DNA of 64,000 nt from Rhizodiscina lignyota (Eukaryota). The DNA lies in assembly GCA_010015805.1 (NCBI GenBank), contig ML978126.1, positions 1,116,001 to 1,180,000 on the forward strand, given 5' to 3'. Shown in pieces: positions 62,295 to 64,000 of the stretch. How positions within the stretch are numbered: the first letter of the stretch is position 1; each line of letters starts with the position of its first letter. The notes beneath the pieces are model-generated. The model searched no databases and was not told where the DNA came from. It saw nothing but the letters and a program-made list of their open reading frames with translations. The position numbers were made by a program, and so were the translations under genes.

Positions 62295-64000
62295 TCAAGC
62301 GTCTACCTCCTCTTCTGCCTCTTCTGCCTCGTCAGCTGCATCTTCCTCGACTCCGTCCTCGTCCACGTCAGCATCACCATTCTCATCTGCCTCACCATTA
62401 ACATCCTCCTTATCAAACGCGTTACCGCCTTCCTTCTCCAGCTTCAACCACTCCTCCCATTCAGGGAACAACTCTTCATCAGCCGCCTCGCCGTCCTTCT
62501 CTGCGCCCGGCGGGACAGCCAACATCCTGCTAACCCTTCCCTTACCATCCTTGTCGAGACCGTCTTTCCATATCCGCACAATAGATGGACACTTAGTTGG
62601 CGTATAAGTCTGTGCGAACAGCACCGCCTCGGCAGTCCTGTTCGTCTTAAGCAGCAAGTCCACGCAAGCTTCCTTCGCGCCAGTTGCCCAGAGCGCGGCG
62701 AATGCGACGTTGTTTGCTGCCGCGGTCTCTGCTTTTTCGGCGAGTGCTTTCAGGCCTTCAACGTCGCCAGATGCGGTTCGGAGGAGAAGCAAGCTTCCCA
62801 GGTCGTTCGCCTTTTCGAAGCACTCTGCTGCGAGAGAGACATCCCACGCCGCAAGTGCGGTATCTCCGACCGTCTTCCACTTTGGTTCTTGGTCGGCTTC
62901 CCTGGCGAGCTCTAGAGCAATGTCCAGTCTGCCGAGACCAAGCGCGAGTTCGAAGCGGTGCTCATCGTCGGTAGCAACTTCCAGTGCCTGTTCCTTGTAT
63001 CCTTGACCTTCCAAGAAGCGGGCAATCTTATTAAGCTGATCTTGAGGAATGTCTGGTAGAAGTTCATTTGCAGAATCCAAGTCTCCACGGAGGACGAGAG
63101 TCTGGTATTCTGCAACACTCAGAGAAAGGGCGTAGGAGAAGACGACGACGTCCTTATCGCAGAGATAGAGACGAGAGTCGCGGGGTAGGTAGCCTAAGAG
63201 ATAACTCGGGCTGTCGAAGTGGGCAATTGTATAGGTTTGGTCGCCGACGAGATAGTCTGTGATCTTTTGTTAGCAATTGTGATTGTACGTGTAGAGTGAC
63301 CACATACTCAGGCGATTGGTGGAATTCGTGTAGACGAAGCAGTCTCCAACCCACTGGCCAGTTCTCACACTCTCGTTGATGTCCGTAATGACCTCGAAAG
63401 CCGATTCAACGCCATCCTCATCTGCCTCTCCGTTCTGCACACCCTCAAGATAGTTCTCTCTTGAATATCGCAATACGTAGAAGGTGTCTTCGCAAGCCAG
63501 TGTGACGAGCTCACCACTCTCCGACCAATAGACATCCTTCGGCTCGACTTCGATTCTCCTGACCAGCTGTCCACTTTCCCAGTCGAACAGACCGATACCG
63601 CCTTGGCCTTTGACGCCCAGCAGTACGCCACCTGCAAGGCCTTCTGCTTGGAATCCTACATTCAACGGACCCTTCTCTTTGAAGTTTCGGAATATCTTGA
63701 CACTTGTCGCGCTTTCGCGAATGGCATAGTCTCTGTCGTTCTCCTTGCTACCCCACGCGAAATCGAGCGCCGAACCGAATGCTTGGTTTCGAAGTGCAAT
63801 AGAGGTATATATGATGAATTCGCCGTCACCGCAAACGGCAACGGAGCGGCCATTGGGAGAGTGGAGGAGAGATTGTGGATACAAGTCGGTGGAGCCGAGC
63901 TCTTTCGCGGGGAGAGTGAGCTTGTCACCATCTTTTAGAGTTTTATCTGTTTAGAATTGTTAGCATAAGATTGCTCGTTGTAGCTCACAGTCGGAAACTT
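62295..64000 (-). CDS. SEC27: Coatomer beta' subunit, 5'-partial
   Basis: HSPNGR, VCGDGEFIIY, LVRRIEVEP, WVGDCFVYTN, KIARFLEGQG, HRFELAL and an acidic tail; introns 63257-63307 and 63947-63988. Confidence 0.96.

Noticed and set aside
62250..62915. Long antisense ORFs over SEC27 (and likewise over FOX2, AAT2, BVMO and the aconitase-family gene)
   Set aside because: These are shadow ORFs caused by codon bias of the real gene on the opposite strand or frame.
1..64000. CRISPR arrays, rRNA, telomeric repeats, transposase/RT/recombinase ORFs
   Set aside because: None were recognised on either strand by manual reading.

Overview
Fungal (filamentous ascomycete) genomic DNA with short introns that have CTRAC/CTAAY branch points. 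About 20 intact genes are present. Housekeeping: FOX2, UFE1, aspartate aminotransferase, EPS1-like PDI, complex I 29.9 kDa subunit and SEC27. Transporters: DHA1 MFS, MCT-type MFS, sugar porter and DUR3-like SSS. Enzymes: BVMO, GT25, xylose-reductase-like AKR and ferric reductase. Accessory content is interleaved: three HET-domain genes (one with a nonsense codon), a DUF3176-type pseudogene, several decayed ORF relics and two small inverted-repeat elements. The best candidate for an under-described system is a head-to-head pair of a LeuC+LeuD-fused aconitase-family hydratase and a 2,3-dimethylmalate-lyase-type enzyme. A second divergent pair couples a ureido-amidohydrolase with a DUR3-like permease across a GATA-rich promoter. 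All calls come from reading motifs by eye; no database searches were run.
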